IMG/VR virus record: IMGVR_UViG_3300042376_000178
Span: 1 to 24,658 of that record
DNA: 24,658 bases
Origin: a virus
Taxonomy: Duplodnaviria; Caudoviricetes
Strand: one strand, 5' to 3'
In this document: one piece after another, positions 1 to 7,359 of the stretch
Layout: the number at the start of each line of letters is the position of its first letter
How positions within the stretch are numbered: the first letter of the stretch is position 1
Position numbers and translations under genes: made by a program
The notes under the pieces: generated by a model
Databases searched by the model: none
What the model was told of the DNA's origin: nothing
What the model saw: the letters and a program-made list of their open reading frames with translations, nothing else

Positions 1-435
1 GACGTTCCAACGGACGTTCAACCAACCAATAACCAAGAACCAATAACCAATAACCAAGAACCATCTTTAATACAAGAAGGTAAACCTTCTTTGTCCGAAA
101 CTTCGTTTCCTCCCTGTCCCCACAAGGATTTGCTCAAGCTTTACCAAAAGCACCTGCCACACTTGACTCAACCAAGGCTCTGGGAGGGCTCCAGACAGGC
201 CAGCATGAGGTCAAGGTGGGTGCAGGCTAGTAAACCCTCGGAATACTCGCCAAAGGGCTATAGCACCCTTGAAGACGGCATTGCTTGGTGGGATAGCTTT
301 TTTGGCTACATTGCCACTGACACCAACCTTGCGGCCGGGTACGAGTCAAACGGCCGGACGTGGAAACCAGATCTTTTGTGGATCGTCAACCCGGCAAATT
401 TTGCCAAAATCATAGATGGGAAATATTCAAAATGA
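1..435 (+). CDS. Phage replication initiator-like protein, C-terminal part (5' truncated by window)
   Basis: Frame 1 is open from base 1 (DVPTDVQPTNNQEPITNNQEP...) to TGA at 433-435. The NQEP-repeat linker and C-terminal 'W..DLLWIVNPANFAKIIDGKY' resemble lambdoid/DUF1376-type initiators; it lies upstream of rusA. Confidence 0.6.
   Translation, partial: DVPTDVQPTNNQEPITNNQEPSLIQEGKPSLSETSFPPCPHKDLLKLYQKHLPHLTQPRLWEGSRQASMRSRWVQASKPSEYSPKGYSTLEDGIAWWDSFFGYIATDTNLAAGYESNGRTWKPDLLWIVNPANFAKIIDGKYSK
24..65. repeat. Tandem heptamer repeat AACCAA(T/G) x5 plus a degenerate sixth copy; possible iteron/ori region
   Basis: Units at 24, 31, 38, 45, 52 and 59, followed by palindrome AGAAGGT-AA-ACCTTCT at 75-90. 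Confidence 0.7.
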
Positions 436-680
436 GCTTTGCTAAACCGGAAAAAAAGAATGACCACGTCAACGAAGACGACAAGCTGTACTGCTCGCAC
501 CCGGGTTGTCCGAACTTGTGGTCTGTCCGCATGGAGGGATCACCCCCGAAGTGCAGCCACCACCAGTGGGGTGCCAAGCCGAAGCATGAGGGGACATCGA
601 CGTACAAGCAGTGGTCTGACCGGCAAACCCTGTCTAAGCCGGTGGTTGACTGGTACAACCAGTCTGGAGAAAAGTGGTGA
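432..680 (+). CDS. Hypothetical protein with Cys/His cluster (CSHPGC...CSHH)
   Basis: ATG at 432 overlaps the upstream stop (ATGA coupling). Confidence 0.7.
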   Translation: MSFAKPEKKNDHVNEDDKLYCSHPGCPNLWSVRMEGSPPKCSHHQWGAKPKHEGTSTYKQWSDRQTLSKPVVDWYNQSGEKW

Positions 681-919
681 ACTATTTTCAGGCCCAAAAA
701 CTGCTTGACGAGGTAAAAGATGGACACGACCACCCCACCGCCGACATCAAAAGAGCACTTGGATTGGTTGGAGACATTGACCCAGACCTACGCCGAAATG
801 GCTCTGGCTGGTGGCGACCAAGCGTTGAAAGATGGCCGGAGGGATTACCTAATAGCCCGTTTCAAGGCACTGGAGCAGGACTTCCCCGGAATTACGGCAA
901 TGATTCACACCAAAATTAG
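677..919 (+). CDS. Hypothetical protein (NYFQAQKLLDEVKDG...), overlaps next ORF
   Basis: GTGA coupling with the stop at 678-680; GGAG at 666-669; helical-looking N-terminus. Confidence 0.5.
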   Translation: MNYFQAQKLLDEVKDGHDHPTADIKRALGLVGDIDPDLRRNGSGWWRPSVERWPEGLPNSPFQGTGAGLPRNYGNDSHQN

Positions 920-932
920 GGCAATGAAATGA
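720..932 (+). CDS. Hypothetical helical protein
   Basis: GAGGT at 710-714 precedes the ATG; its stop is ATGA-coupled to the gene at 929. Confidence 0.6.
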   Translation: MDTTTPPPTSKEHLDWLETLTQTYAEMALAGGDQALKDGRRDYLIARFKALEQDFPGITAMIHTKIRAMK

Positions 933-1177
933 ACATTTTTGAGCAGGGCAAAACCCTTTTTACGCAGAACGAATTCAACCAAGCACTGGCTGAGGCAAAG
1001 GCCGAGATCATGTCGGTTGCCGTCCACACAACCAAACATGCCATGTTCCTTGAGCGCCGGGCCTGTGCCCAGATGCTGCTGGACATGGCCGACAACGAGG
1101 ACGAGGGGGCTGTCTGCACGGCCCTGCGCAATGCAGCCGACCAGTTGGTCAACCGCATCCCGGTGCAGAACCAATGA
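929..1177 (+). CDS. Hypothetical protein
   Basis: ATGA overlaps at both ends; codon usage like neighbours. Confidence 0.75.
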   Translation: MNIFEQGKTLFTQNEFNQALAEAKAEIMSVAVHTTKHAMFLERRACAQMLLDMADNEDEGAVCTALRNAADQLVNRIPVQNQ

Positions 1178-1596
1178 TGCAAATTACGTTCACCGTCCCG
1201 GGCCCGCCGCACGGCAAAGGCAGGCCAAGGTTTGCCCGGCGTGGCAACTTTGTTGCAACCTATACCGACGCCAAGACCAGCAGCTACGAAGACCAAATCC
1301 GCTTTTACGCACTACAAGCAATGGGAAGCAGCAAACCGCTAGAAACGGCGCTAGAGGTTTTTATCTACATCAGGCTACCAGTGCCTAAGTCGTACCCCAA
1401 AAAGCGAGCAGAGGCCTGTCTAGGCGGCTCTGAATGGCCTTGCAAGAAGCCGGACTGGGACAACGTGGCCAAAAGCGTCTGCGATGCCATGAACTCAATT
1501 GTTTGCGTGGATGACAGCCAGATTGTTGAATGCCATGTCCGCAAAGTTTACGCAAGCGAGGCCGGAGTGGACGTTTTGGTGAAGGAAAAAGAATGA
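1174..1596 (+). CDS. rusA: RusA-family Holliday junction resolvase
   Basis: Motifs 'VPGPPHGKGRPR', 'KKPDWDNVAKSVCDAMN' and 'DDSQIV'. Confidence 0.9.
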   Translation: MMQITFTVPGPPHGKGRPRFARRGNFVATYTDAKTSSYEDQIRFYALQAMGSSKPLETALEVFIYIRLPVPKSYPKKRAEACLGGSEWPCKKPDWDNVAKSVCDAMNSIVCVDDSQIVECHVRKVYASEAGVDVLVKEKE

Positions 1597-1796
1597 CACC
1601 GCTAAAAGTCAAATGGTATGACTGCCGCAAGGGCAAGGTTGGCATCGCCAAGGTCCAGACCGACGACGGTGACACTGAGTACCGCATCGGCCCGGTCGAC
1701 GGGTTCCTTGAGCACATGGATGTCCAGCAGGTCGTGGCGTGGGGCGTCTGGTTCCCGACCGAGGCCGGTGATGCACTATTTTTGGAGGGCGTATGA
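1593..1796 (+). CDS. Hypothetical protein (MTPLKVKWYD...)
   Basis: ATG at 1593 with AAGGA upstream; ATGA coupling on both sides. Confidence 0.7.
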   Translation: MTPLKVKWYDCRKGKVGIAKVQTDDGDTEYRIGPVDGFLEHMDVQQVVAWGVWFPTEAGDALFLEGV

Positions 1797-2137
1797 CTGA
1801 AAAACTGATTGACCCGCAGGCTGCGGTGGACTTTATGATTGCCAAGTCCAAGGCCTACGCGCAGGCCGAGGGCAACAAAACCTACATGGAAGAGCTGCGC
1901 AAGACCATCAAGGCCGAGCAGATGATCGAGGCCGAGTTGAGGGATCACAAGACGGCTGCCATGCAGGAGCGCGAGGCCTACGCGAGCCAGCCCTACAAGG
2001 AGCACCTGCTGGCCCTGCAACACGCCGTAGAGGTCCGCGAGGAGCTGCGCTGGATGCTGATCGCGGCACAGGCACGCATTGAGGTCTGGCGCTCACAGGA
2101 AGCAAGCAACAGAGCAGAGGGAAAGGCAACTATATGA
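1793..2137 (+). CDS. Hypothetical coiled-coil protein
   Basis: GGAGG RBS; ATGA coupling; helical, charged sequence. Confidence 0.8.
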   Translation: MTEKLIDPQAAVDFMIAKSKAYAQAEGNKTYMEELRKTIKAEQMIEAELRDHKTAAMQEREAYASQPYKEHLLALQHAVEVREELRWMLIAAQARIEVWRSQEASNRAEGKATI

Positions 2138-2412
2138 GTGAAAACTACCCAATTGAATACACGAAGCATGTGGTCGTGGGCAGAAACCCAGATACCGAAC
2201 TTGGGCATTGGTTGACACAAGTAGAGGCAACAACAAATTTTGCATGGCAATTTGAAGAGTTGCTAAAAGATGCAGAGGGCAAGCTGTTGTTTGTTCGTCG
2301 AGCGCCGAAGCTGGAAAGTCATAGTTTGTTTGACAGGGACAAGCCTGTTTACACCATGATTGGAAGGTTTTCAATTGGCAAGTTGAAAGCAGAAGGAAAG
2401 GCAACGATATGA
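2113..2412 (+). repeat. 25-nt direct repeat (2113-2137 / 2388-2412), 23/25 identical, encoding AEGKATI-stop
   Basis: AGCAGAGGGAAAGGCAACTATATGA vs AGCAGAAGGAAAGGCAACGATATGA. Confidence 0.9.
2134..2412 (+). CDS. Hypothetical protein, probably a recent insertion
   Basis: ATGA coupling; visibly more AT-rich than its neighbours; flanked by a 25-nt direct repeat. Confidence 0.7.
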   Translation: MSENYPIEYTKHVVVGRNPDTELGHWLTQVEATTNFAWQFEELLKDAEGKLLFVRRAPKLESHSLFDRDKPVYTMIGRFSIGKLKAEGKATI

Positions 2413-2588
2413 CCGAAGATGACGAGTGGGAGCGCATTGAGCGCGAGATCAAGCAGCGTCAAGCGCTGCCTCTAGCCCCGATGTCACTGACTTACTCGAT
2501 CAAGCTCACGCAAAGCCAGCGGGTCAAGCTCGCCCAACTGGGCGGACCCAAGTGGATCAGGGCTCAGATTGACGCCGCGATCAAATGA
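2409..2588 (+). CDS. 59-aa protein, possible ribbon-helix-helix-like DNA-binding protein
   Basis: Not in the ORF track (<60 aa). Reads MTEDDEWERIERE...YSIKLTQSQRVKLAQLGGPKWIRAQIDAAIK; ATGA coupling at both ends. Confidence 0.7.
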   Translation: MTEDDEWERIEREIKQRQALPLAPMSLTYSIKLTQSQRVKLAQLGGPKWIRAQIDAAIK

Positions 2589-2887
2589 CAACGCTGGCCG
2601 AGCGCAAGCACATGAGCCGGGTGGCCGAGCTAGGCTGCGCGGTGTGCAGGCGCATGGGGTACGAGGGGACGCCTGCGGAGCTGCACCATCCAAGGGCCTT
2701 GGCGGGGGGTTGGGGGCGTTCGAGCCACATGGACGCCATCCCACTCTGCCCAGAGCACCACAGAGGAAAGACGGGGCTGCACGGGCTTGGCACGAAGGGC
2801 TTCCCCAAGCACTACGGCTACGACGAAGCCGACCTGTTGAACGACACCCGAACCCTATTAGGGTTTGTCCCTACACAAATAATTTGA
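2585..2887 (+). CDS. Ref-like (RecA-dependent nuclease / DUF968-type) HNH-fold zinc nuclease
   Basis: 'LGCAVC', 'PAELHH', 'IPLCPEHHRG..GLH'. Confidence 0.8.
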   Translation: MTTLAERKHMSRVAELGCAVCRRMGYEGTPAELHHPRALAGGWGRSSHMDAIPLCPEHHRGKTGLHGLGTKGFPKHYGYDEADLLNDTRTLLGFVPTQII

Positions 2888-2974
2888 AATAGTTGGCATA
2901 TCGTTTAATTCTGGATTACACTAGCATCACTGACCAAGCAATACCGCAAGTCAGAACCACAGAAAGACAGCGAC
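2851..2974 (+). promoter_or_regulatory. Repeated promoter/operator/leader cassette, copy 1
   Basis: TAGGG-TTTGT-CCCTA 2859-2873; TTGGCA (2893) -18- TACACT (2917); GTTTAA-N7-TTACAC 2903-2921; CATCAC, hairpin CTGAC/GTCAG, then AGCGAC-ATG. Confidence 0.8.
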
Positions 2975-3265
2975 ATGAACACCATCACCATCACCCACGA
3001 CGTTGACACCCTCGGCCAACTGCTCGCCCAGATCGCAGCCCTGACCAAGCAGGCTGACCTGATCAAGGACGGCATCAAAGACAGCGCCAGCCTCGGCGGT
3101 GACAAGGTTGTTGAGGGCGACCTCTTCAAAGCCACTTACATCGAGTCCAACCGCTCGGTGGTTGACAGCAAGGCCCTCTTCGCCGAGCTAGGCGCAACCC
3201 CTGAGCAGATTGCACGTCACACCAAAGTGACTGCCGTGTTCAGCGTCAAGGTCACCAGCAAGTAA
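2975..3265 (+). CDS. Hypothetical protein
   Basis: First gene after cassette 1; strongly biased codon usage. Confidence 0.8.
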   Translation: MNTITITHDVDTLGQLLAQIAALTKQADLIKDGIKDSASLGGDKVVEGDLFKATYIESNRSVVDSKALFAELGATPEQIARHTKVTAVFSVKVTSK

Positions 3266-3273
3266 ACCCAACC

Positions 3274-3287
3274 GCCCCTTCGGGGGC
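3274..3287 (+). other. cUUCGg hairpin without U-tract
   Basis: GCCCC-TTCG-GGGGC directly after the stop codon. Confidence 0.7.
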
Positions 3288-3308
3288 ATAACAGCGAAGG
3301 AAATTAAG

Positions 3309-3530
3309 ATGAACAAAATTTGGATTGAACTAGAGCGCCCCAAGGATCAAGCGCATGCAGAGCAGATTGCTAAGTTGGCAAACAACGTGCTCCGTAAGAT
3401 CAACAGCGTTACCCGCGAGTTCTTCTGGGACTCAAAAGACCTCATCTGGTGCATAGGCGGCGACATGGGCTACACAACGCTGAGCGACAACGGCGAGTGG
3501 TTCAACCTTGACTATCTCGGTAAAGATTAA
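3309..3530 (+). CDS. Hypothetical protein
   Basis: AAGGA RBS upstream of ATG. Confidence 0.7.
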   Translation: MNKIWIELERPKDQAHAEQIAKLANNVLRKINSVTREFFWDSKDLIWCIGGDMGYTTLSDNGEWFNLDYLGKD

Positions 3531-3536
3531 CCAACC

Positions 3537-3552
3537 GGGGGCTTCGGCCCCC
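3537..3552 (+). other. cUUCGg hairpin without U-tract
   Basis: GGGGGC-TTCG-GCCCCC between the stop and the next AGGAG RBS. Confidence 0.7.
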
Positions 3553-3566
3553 ATTAGGAGAACACC

Positions 3567-3752
3567 ATGAAGCACGCAGAAGCAAAATACGTTGACCTCG
3601 GGTTGCGGTACGAATTAGCCCGGACCCCGGCAGCCGGGACTGCCATCGCGCAGGCCATCAGGAGCCTGCTGGAGGCCGAGACGATCGAAGACAGGACCGA
3701 AGCCCGCCGCTTGGTCGATCGTGGCCGTCAAGAGGCTCGGGAGGTCGTATGA
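3567..3752 (+). CDS. Hypothetical protein
   Basis: AGGAG RBS; ATGA coupling downstream. Confidence 0.75.
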   Translation: MKHAEAKYVDLGLRYELARTPAAGTAIAQAIRSLLEAETIEDRTEARRLVDRGRQEAREVV

Positions 3753-3982
3753 CAACACAACCAGAAGCCTTGCGGCTGGCCGACTGTCTGGAAACAGAAA
3801 AAGTTGGCGCAATACTAGGCGACTCAGCCGCCGCCGAACTACGCCGGTTGCATGGGGTGAATCAGGAACTGCTGGTGGCGTTGAAGGCATTGGTTGAAGC
3901 AGACGCACCGGATTACATCAAGAGCAGCATTTGGGAACAAGCCCGTGCAGCAATAGCTAAAGGAGAAGGAGAGAAGACATGA
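3749..3982 (+). CDS. Hypothetical phage accessory protein
   Basis: GGAGG RBS; 'EALRLAD', 'AAELRRLH', 'ARAAIAKGEG' are stereotyped small phage protein motifs. Confidence 0.75.
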   Translation: MTTQPEALRLADCLETEKVGAILGDSAAAELRRLHGVNQELLVALKALVEADAPDYIKSSIWEQARAAIAKGEGEKT

Positions 3983-4152
3983 GCGAATATGCCAAGGGCT
4001 TTGACGCCGGGGTTGACGTAGTCCTGCTGGAAATCGAGCGTTGGATCAAGGAGCGGGGGTGGGAACCCCGCATTGCCCGGCCTGTTGAACAACTGCTGGC
4101 CCACCTGAAGCTGGAAAATAAAGACCACAAAAAGTTTCTGGTTATTGATTGA
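3979..4152 (+). CDS. 57-aa hypothetical protein (MSEYAKGFDAGV...)
   Basis: Not in the ORF track; AGGAG RBS, ATGA coupling, TGA at 4150-4152. Confidence 0.65.
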   Translation: MSEYAKGFDAGVDVVLLEIERWIKERGWEPRIARPVEQLLAHLKLENKDHKKFLVID

Positions 4153-4217
4153 CGTTTAATTTTCGGTTACACTACCAACACTGCAACATCGCAGCACCAC
4201 AGAAACGAAAGCGAATC
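4145..4217 (+). promoter_or_regulatory. Repeated cassette, copy 2 (lacks the upstream AGGGTTT box)
   Basis: TTGATT (4145) -17- TACACT (4168); GTTTAA-N7-TTACAC 4154-4172; hairpin CTGC/GCAG; AAAGCGAATC-ATG. Confidence 0.8.
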
Positions 4218-5024
4218 ATGATCCACCCCTTCCAAAAATCAGGCCTCGGAACAGCTCCCTTCTCCTGCACCCATGTGACAGAGAACGTTTTTGAGAACGG
4301 CGATGGCACGACCAAGGCCGGTGGCTGCTGCGACTACTGCGGCACCGGCATCCGCTGGGAGTTCTGGATCAAGGGCAGCATCGCTGGTGCCAAGCAGTTC
4401 AAGGTAGGCTGCGACTGCGTGGCCAAGACCGGCTGGGGCATCGAGGGCTTTGAGAAGGTACGCGCTGCTCACACCCGCGCCCGCCGCCAAGCTGGCGCAC
4501 AGTCCCGCCGGGCCGCCCGTCAAGCTCAGGTGGCCGCAGAACGCGCCCAGAAGGCCGCTGACCGCCAAGAGGCTACTCAGGCATGGCGTGATGCCAACAG
4601 CGCCGTAGTGGCCCGTCTGACGGCCTATGAGGGCACAAACAGCTTCCTGCGCGACATGATCCAGAATCTGGCGCAATGGGGCAACCTGTCCGCCCGCCAG
4701 CTCGAAGCTGTTGAGTCCTGCTTCGCCGTCATCGACCGCACCGAGGCAGCACGCGCCAACAGCCAGCACGTTGGAGCAGTAGGCGACAAGGTCACCCTGA
4801 CCATTACCGTCGAGCGCATCATCGTGCTGGAGTCCCAGTTTGGGACAAACTACATCACGATCGCTCGTGACGAGCAGGGCAACGCCATCACCTACAAGGG
4901 CAAGACCGACATTGGCAACAAGGGCGACACCAACACCGTCAAGGCCAGCGTCAAGGAGCATACGGTTTACAACGGCATCAAACAGACCGTCATTCAGCGC
5001 CCCAAGCTGTTGGAGGTGGCATAA
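4218..5024 (+). CDS. Zinc-binding protein with probable C-terminal OB-fold
   Basis: Start at ATG 4218 after the cassette. CDYC...CDC zinc ligands, helical middle, beta-rich C-terminus 'HVGAVGDKV...ASVKEHTVYNGIKQTVIQRP'. Confidence 0.75.
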   Translation: MIHPFQKSGLGTAPFSCTHVTENVFENGDGTTKAGGCCDYCGTGIRWEFWIKGSIAGAKQFKVGCDCVAKTGWGIEGFEKVRAAHTRARRQAGAQSRRAARQAQVAAERAQKAADRQEATQAWRDANSAVVARLTAYEGTNSFLRDMIQNLAQWGNLSARQLEAVESCFAVIDRTEAARANSQHVGAVGDKVTLTITVERIIVLESQFGTNYITIARDEQGNAITYKGKTDIGNKGDTNTVKASVKEHTVYNGIKQTVIQRPKLLEVA

Positions 5025-5129
5025 GGGTTTGTCCTAATAAAAATAATTGGCAGGAACCCACCTGCCTGTTTAATTCAACGTTACACTACAATCACTGCAA
5101 TCAAGCAGGCAACATAGAAGGAAAGCGAA
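5022..5129 (+). promoter_or_regulatory. Repeated cassette, copy 3
   Basis: TAAGGGTTTGTCCTAATAAAA; GTTTAA-N7-TTACAC 5068-5086; ATCAC, hairpin CTGC/GCAG; AAAGCGAA-ATG. Confidence 0.8.
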
Positions 5130-5534
5130 ATGAACATCGGAACCCAAACCAACAGCCTCGTCAACCACCTGTACAGCCGCATGACCGTGGGTGCCCCGGC
5201 TCCAGTGGTCGGCATGGCCGCCACAACTCTGTCGTGGACTGACCGCCACGCGGCCACCGTGACCGAAGTCACCGAGCTGGTCAGCAAGGTCTGGGCCTAT
5301 GAGATCCGCGTCGTGGAAGACAAGGTGCTCGTGATCAGCGGCAGCACCTACGACGGCAGCGCTACCTTTGCCTTTGTGCCAAACCCACACCGCTACGCCG
5401 ACATCTACCGCATGGACCGCAAGACCGGCGCATGGGTCCATGGCTACATCAACCAAGACACCGGCAAGTTCAAAAAGGGCCAAGGCGGCCTGATCCTTGG
5501 TCGTCGTGACCACTACGTTGACCCAAGCTTCTAA
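5130..5534 (+). CDS. Hypothetical protein (ends GRRDHYVDPSF)
   Basis: Single-gene unit between cassettes 3 and 4; biased codon usage. Confidence 0.8.
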   Translation: MNIGTQTNSLVNHLYSRMTVGAPAPVVGMAATTLSWTDRHAATVTEVTELVSKVWAYEIRVVEDKVLVISGSTYDGSATFAFVPNPHRYADIYRMDRKTGAWVHGYINQDTGKFKKGQGGLILGRRDHYVDPSF

Positions 5535-5639
5535 GGGTTTATCCTAATAAAATATTTTGATTTGGCTGTGATCTAGTGTAATTTGCGGTTACACTAACAT
5601 CACGGTCAACAAGACCGGTAACACCAAAAGGACAGCGAA
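5532..5639 (+). promoter_or_regulatory. Repeated cassette, copy 4
   Basis: TAAGGGTTTATCCTAATAAAA; perfect palindrome TAGTGTAA-N7-TTACACTA 5574-5596; CATCAC, hairpin CGGTC/GACCG; ACAGCGAA-ATG. Confidence 0.8.
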
Positions 5640-5834
5640 ATGACAAACGAAATCGAAACTGTAATCAAGACTGAAGATGACGTCCGGGTCAGCATTGACT
5701 CGTGGGACGATGGCGGTGCGTGGATCGGCCTGCAGATGCGTGGCGGGTCGGCATACGCAGTCCTGACCCGCTCCGAGGCCGAGCAAATGCTGGCTGGCCT
5801 GCAGGCAATCTTGGCTCAAGAGGTGGCGGCATGA
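5640..5834 (+). CDS. Hypothetical protein
   Basis: First gene after cassette 4; ATGA coupling downstream. Confidence 0.75.
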   Translation: MTNEIETVIKTEDDVRVSIDSWDDGGAWIGLQMRGGSAYAVLTRSEAEQMLAGLQAILAQEVAA

Positions 5835-6031
5835 ACATGGGCAACCTGTTTGATGAGGTGGAGGGGGAGCTAATCCGCAAGCACCGGGCCATCACCCATG
5901 AGCAATTGGCGCAGGAAGAGCGCCAACGGAAGGTCCAGCGTGAGTACGAAGCTTTGCATACAGCCATAGAAACTGAGGCAGACCGGGCCGATAAAGATGA
6001 GTATCCAGATGAAGATGAGGAGGCCGCATGA
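5831..6031 (+). CDS. Hypothetical acidic protein
   Basis: GAGGT RBS, ATG at 5831, ATGA coupling at both ends. Confidence 0.7.
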   Translation: MNMGNLFDEVEGELIRKHRAITHEQLAQEERQRKVQREYEALHTAIETEADRADKDEYPDEDEEAA

Positions 6032-6264
6032 TCACCTTCGAAGTCTTTATTGACGGCGACCTCTACGATGAGGTCGATGCCACTGACAGCGCCGACGCCT
6101 GCAGGCAGGTGTTTGATCGACTTGATGGCCAAGTCGGGGAGATGCACGCAGAGCTCGTAGAGGGCTCAGACGAGCCCGGGATCTGCCCGGCATGCAGCGG
6201 CAGCGGTGAGGGCCAGAACGAGGGCTCACGGTGCCATTCCTGCAAAGGTAGGGGGGGGGCATGA
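6028..6264 (+). CDS. Small protein with DnaJ-type CxxCxGxG zinc ribbon
   Basis: CPACSGSG...CHSCKGRG; GGAGG RBS. Confidence 0.75.
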   Translation: MITFEVFIDGDLYDEVDATDSADACRQVFDRLDGQVGEMHAELVEGSDEPGICPACSGSGEGQNEGSRCHSCKGRGGA

Positions 6265-6536
6265 CACGCGACAACATCATCCGCATGGCGCGGGAGGCTG
6301 GGTTTGCTGATTCTAACGGCGTGGTACATCCTGCGTATCAGCTTGAAGCCTTTGCCAACCTTGTTGCCGCTGCCGAGAGGGAGGCGTGTCTTGATGCAAT
6401 GATGCAGTCTACAACCAAAGCTGTGGACACGGCTATGGCCCTTGAGCGTGAGGCGTGTGCAAAACTGTGCGAAGCACAAGACGAGTACGGCTGGCAGCAG
6501 TACGCAGATGCCATTCGCGCAAGGGGAAACACATGA
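6261..6536 (+). CDS. Hypothetical phage accessory protein
   Basis: 'IIRMAREAG', two 'EREAC' repeats, 'ADAIRARG'; ATGA coupling. Confidence 0.75.
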   Translation: MTRDNIIRMAREAGFADSNGVVHPAYQLEAFANLVAAAEREACLDAMMQSTTKAVDTAMALEREACAKLCEAQDEYGWQQYADAIRARGNT

Positions 6537-6901
6537 CTGACAAAGAACTACTGGAACTTGCGGCGAAAGCCGCAGGCTACGAGAAGTACACCTCTCACTG
6601 GCTAGGAAGAGACTCGTTTGTAACCTATAAAAAGGAAGTCTACAGCGAGTTTAGAGAATGCCGAGTCATGGCTGAGTACACAATGGATTGGAACCCTCTC
6701 ACAGACGACGGCGATGCGTTGCGGCTGGCGGTGAAGCTAAAAATACCAATCCAATTCCCAGATTGGGAAAACATGACGCGCACATGGGGCAGTAAAAACT
6801 GTTTGGACGCATTTGATGAACCACACAACGACAACCCCTACGCAGCAACCCGCCACGCCATCACCCGCGCAGCAGCAGAAATTGGAAGGAGCATGGAATG
6901 A
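6533..6901 (+). CDS. Hypothetical phage protein
   Basis: ATG at 6533; 'ELLELAAKAAG', 'WNPLTDDGDALRLAVKL', 'ATRHAITRAAAEIG'. Confidence 0.8.
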   Translation: MTDKELLELAAKAAGYEKYTSHWLGRDSFVTYKKEVYSEFRECRVMAEYTMDWNPLTDDGDALRLAVKLKIPIQFPDWENMTRTWGSKNCLDAFDEPHNDNPYAATRHAITRAAAEIGRSME

Positions 6902-7359
6902 CAGGATTTGAATCAAAGCGCCAGATGGCGCAGGCCAAGGTGCGGGATGACGACGACACGCAGGTGTATGCCGACACGCTGTTGATTGCATACCAAAGCG
7001 GGTTTGCCGACGGTAAGAAATCGGCACAGCCAGAGCCTACCTGCCCCGAGTGTAAAGCCGCCGTACTTTACGAATGCGTGGCTTGCAGCAGCAACAACTA
7101 TCCACCTAGGCCAGAGCAGGAGCCGGTGGCGTATTACCACCCCCACAAGGGCTTTTACTGGGCAAAGCCTACACACATTTCAGCACCAACTGTTGTTGAT
7201 GTGCCGCCAGTACCCCTCTACGTCAAGTGGAAAGCAGCACAGCGCCCGTGGCAGGGGCTGACGGAGGAGGATTGGGCCAAGGTTGGGGATATGCCCGATG
7301 CGTTTGATCAAGGTGTAGCGTGGGCAGCGGCAAGATTGAAGGAGCGCAACAATGGATGA
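6898..7359 (+). CDS. Mosaic hypothetical protein (QEPVA / WQGLT motifs, CxxC pair)
   Basis: ATGA coupling; AAGGAG RBS. Confidence 0.75.
   Translation: MTGFESKRQMAQAKVRDDDDTQVYADTLLIAYQSGFADGKKSAQPEPTCPECKAAVLYECVACSSNNYPPRPEQEPVAYYHPHKGFYWAKPTHISAPTVVDVPPVPLYVKWKAAQRPWQGLTEEDWAKVGDMPDAFDQGVAWAAARLKERNNG

Noticed and set aside
4149-4217. N-terminal extension of ORF 4149-5024 from a TTG start
   Set aside because: It runs through the repeated promoter cassette; ATG 4218 matches the other copies.
2851-5639. Repeats as a CRISPR array or integron attC sites
   Set aside because: Copies are degenerate, 0.5-1.3 kb apart and promoter-like; no cas or integrase gene and no attC core-site structure.
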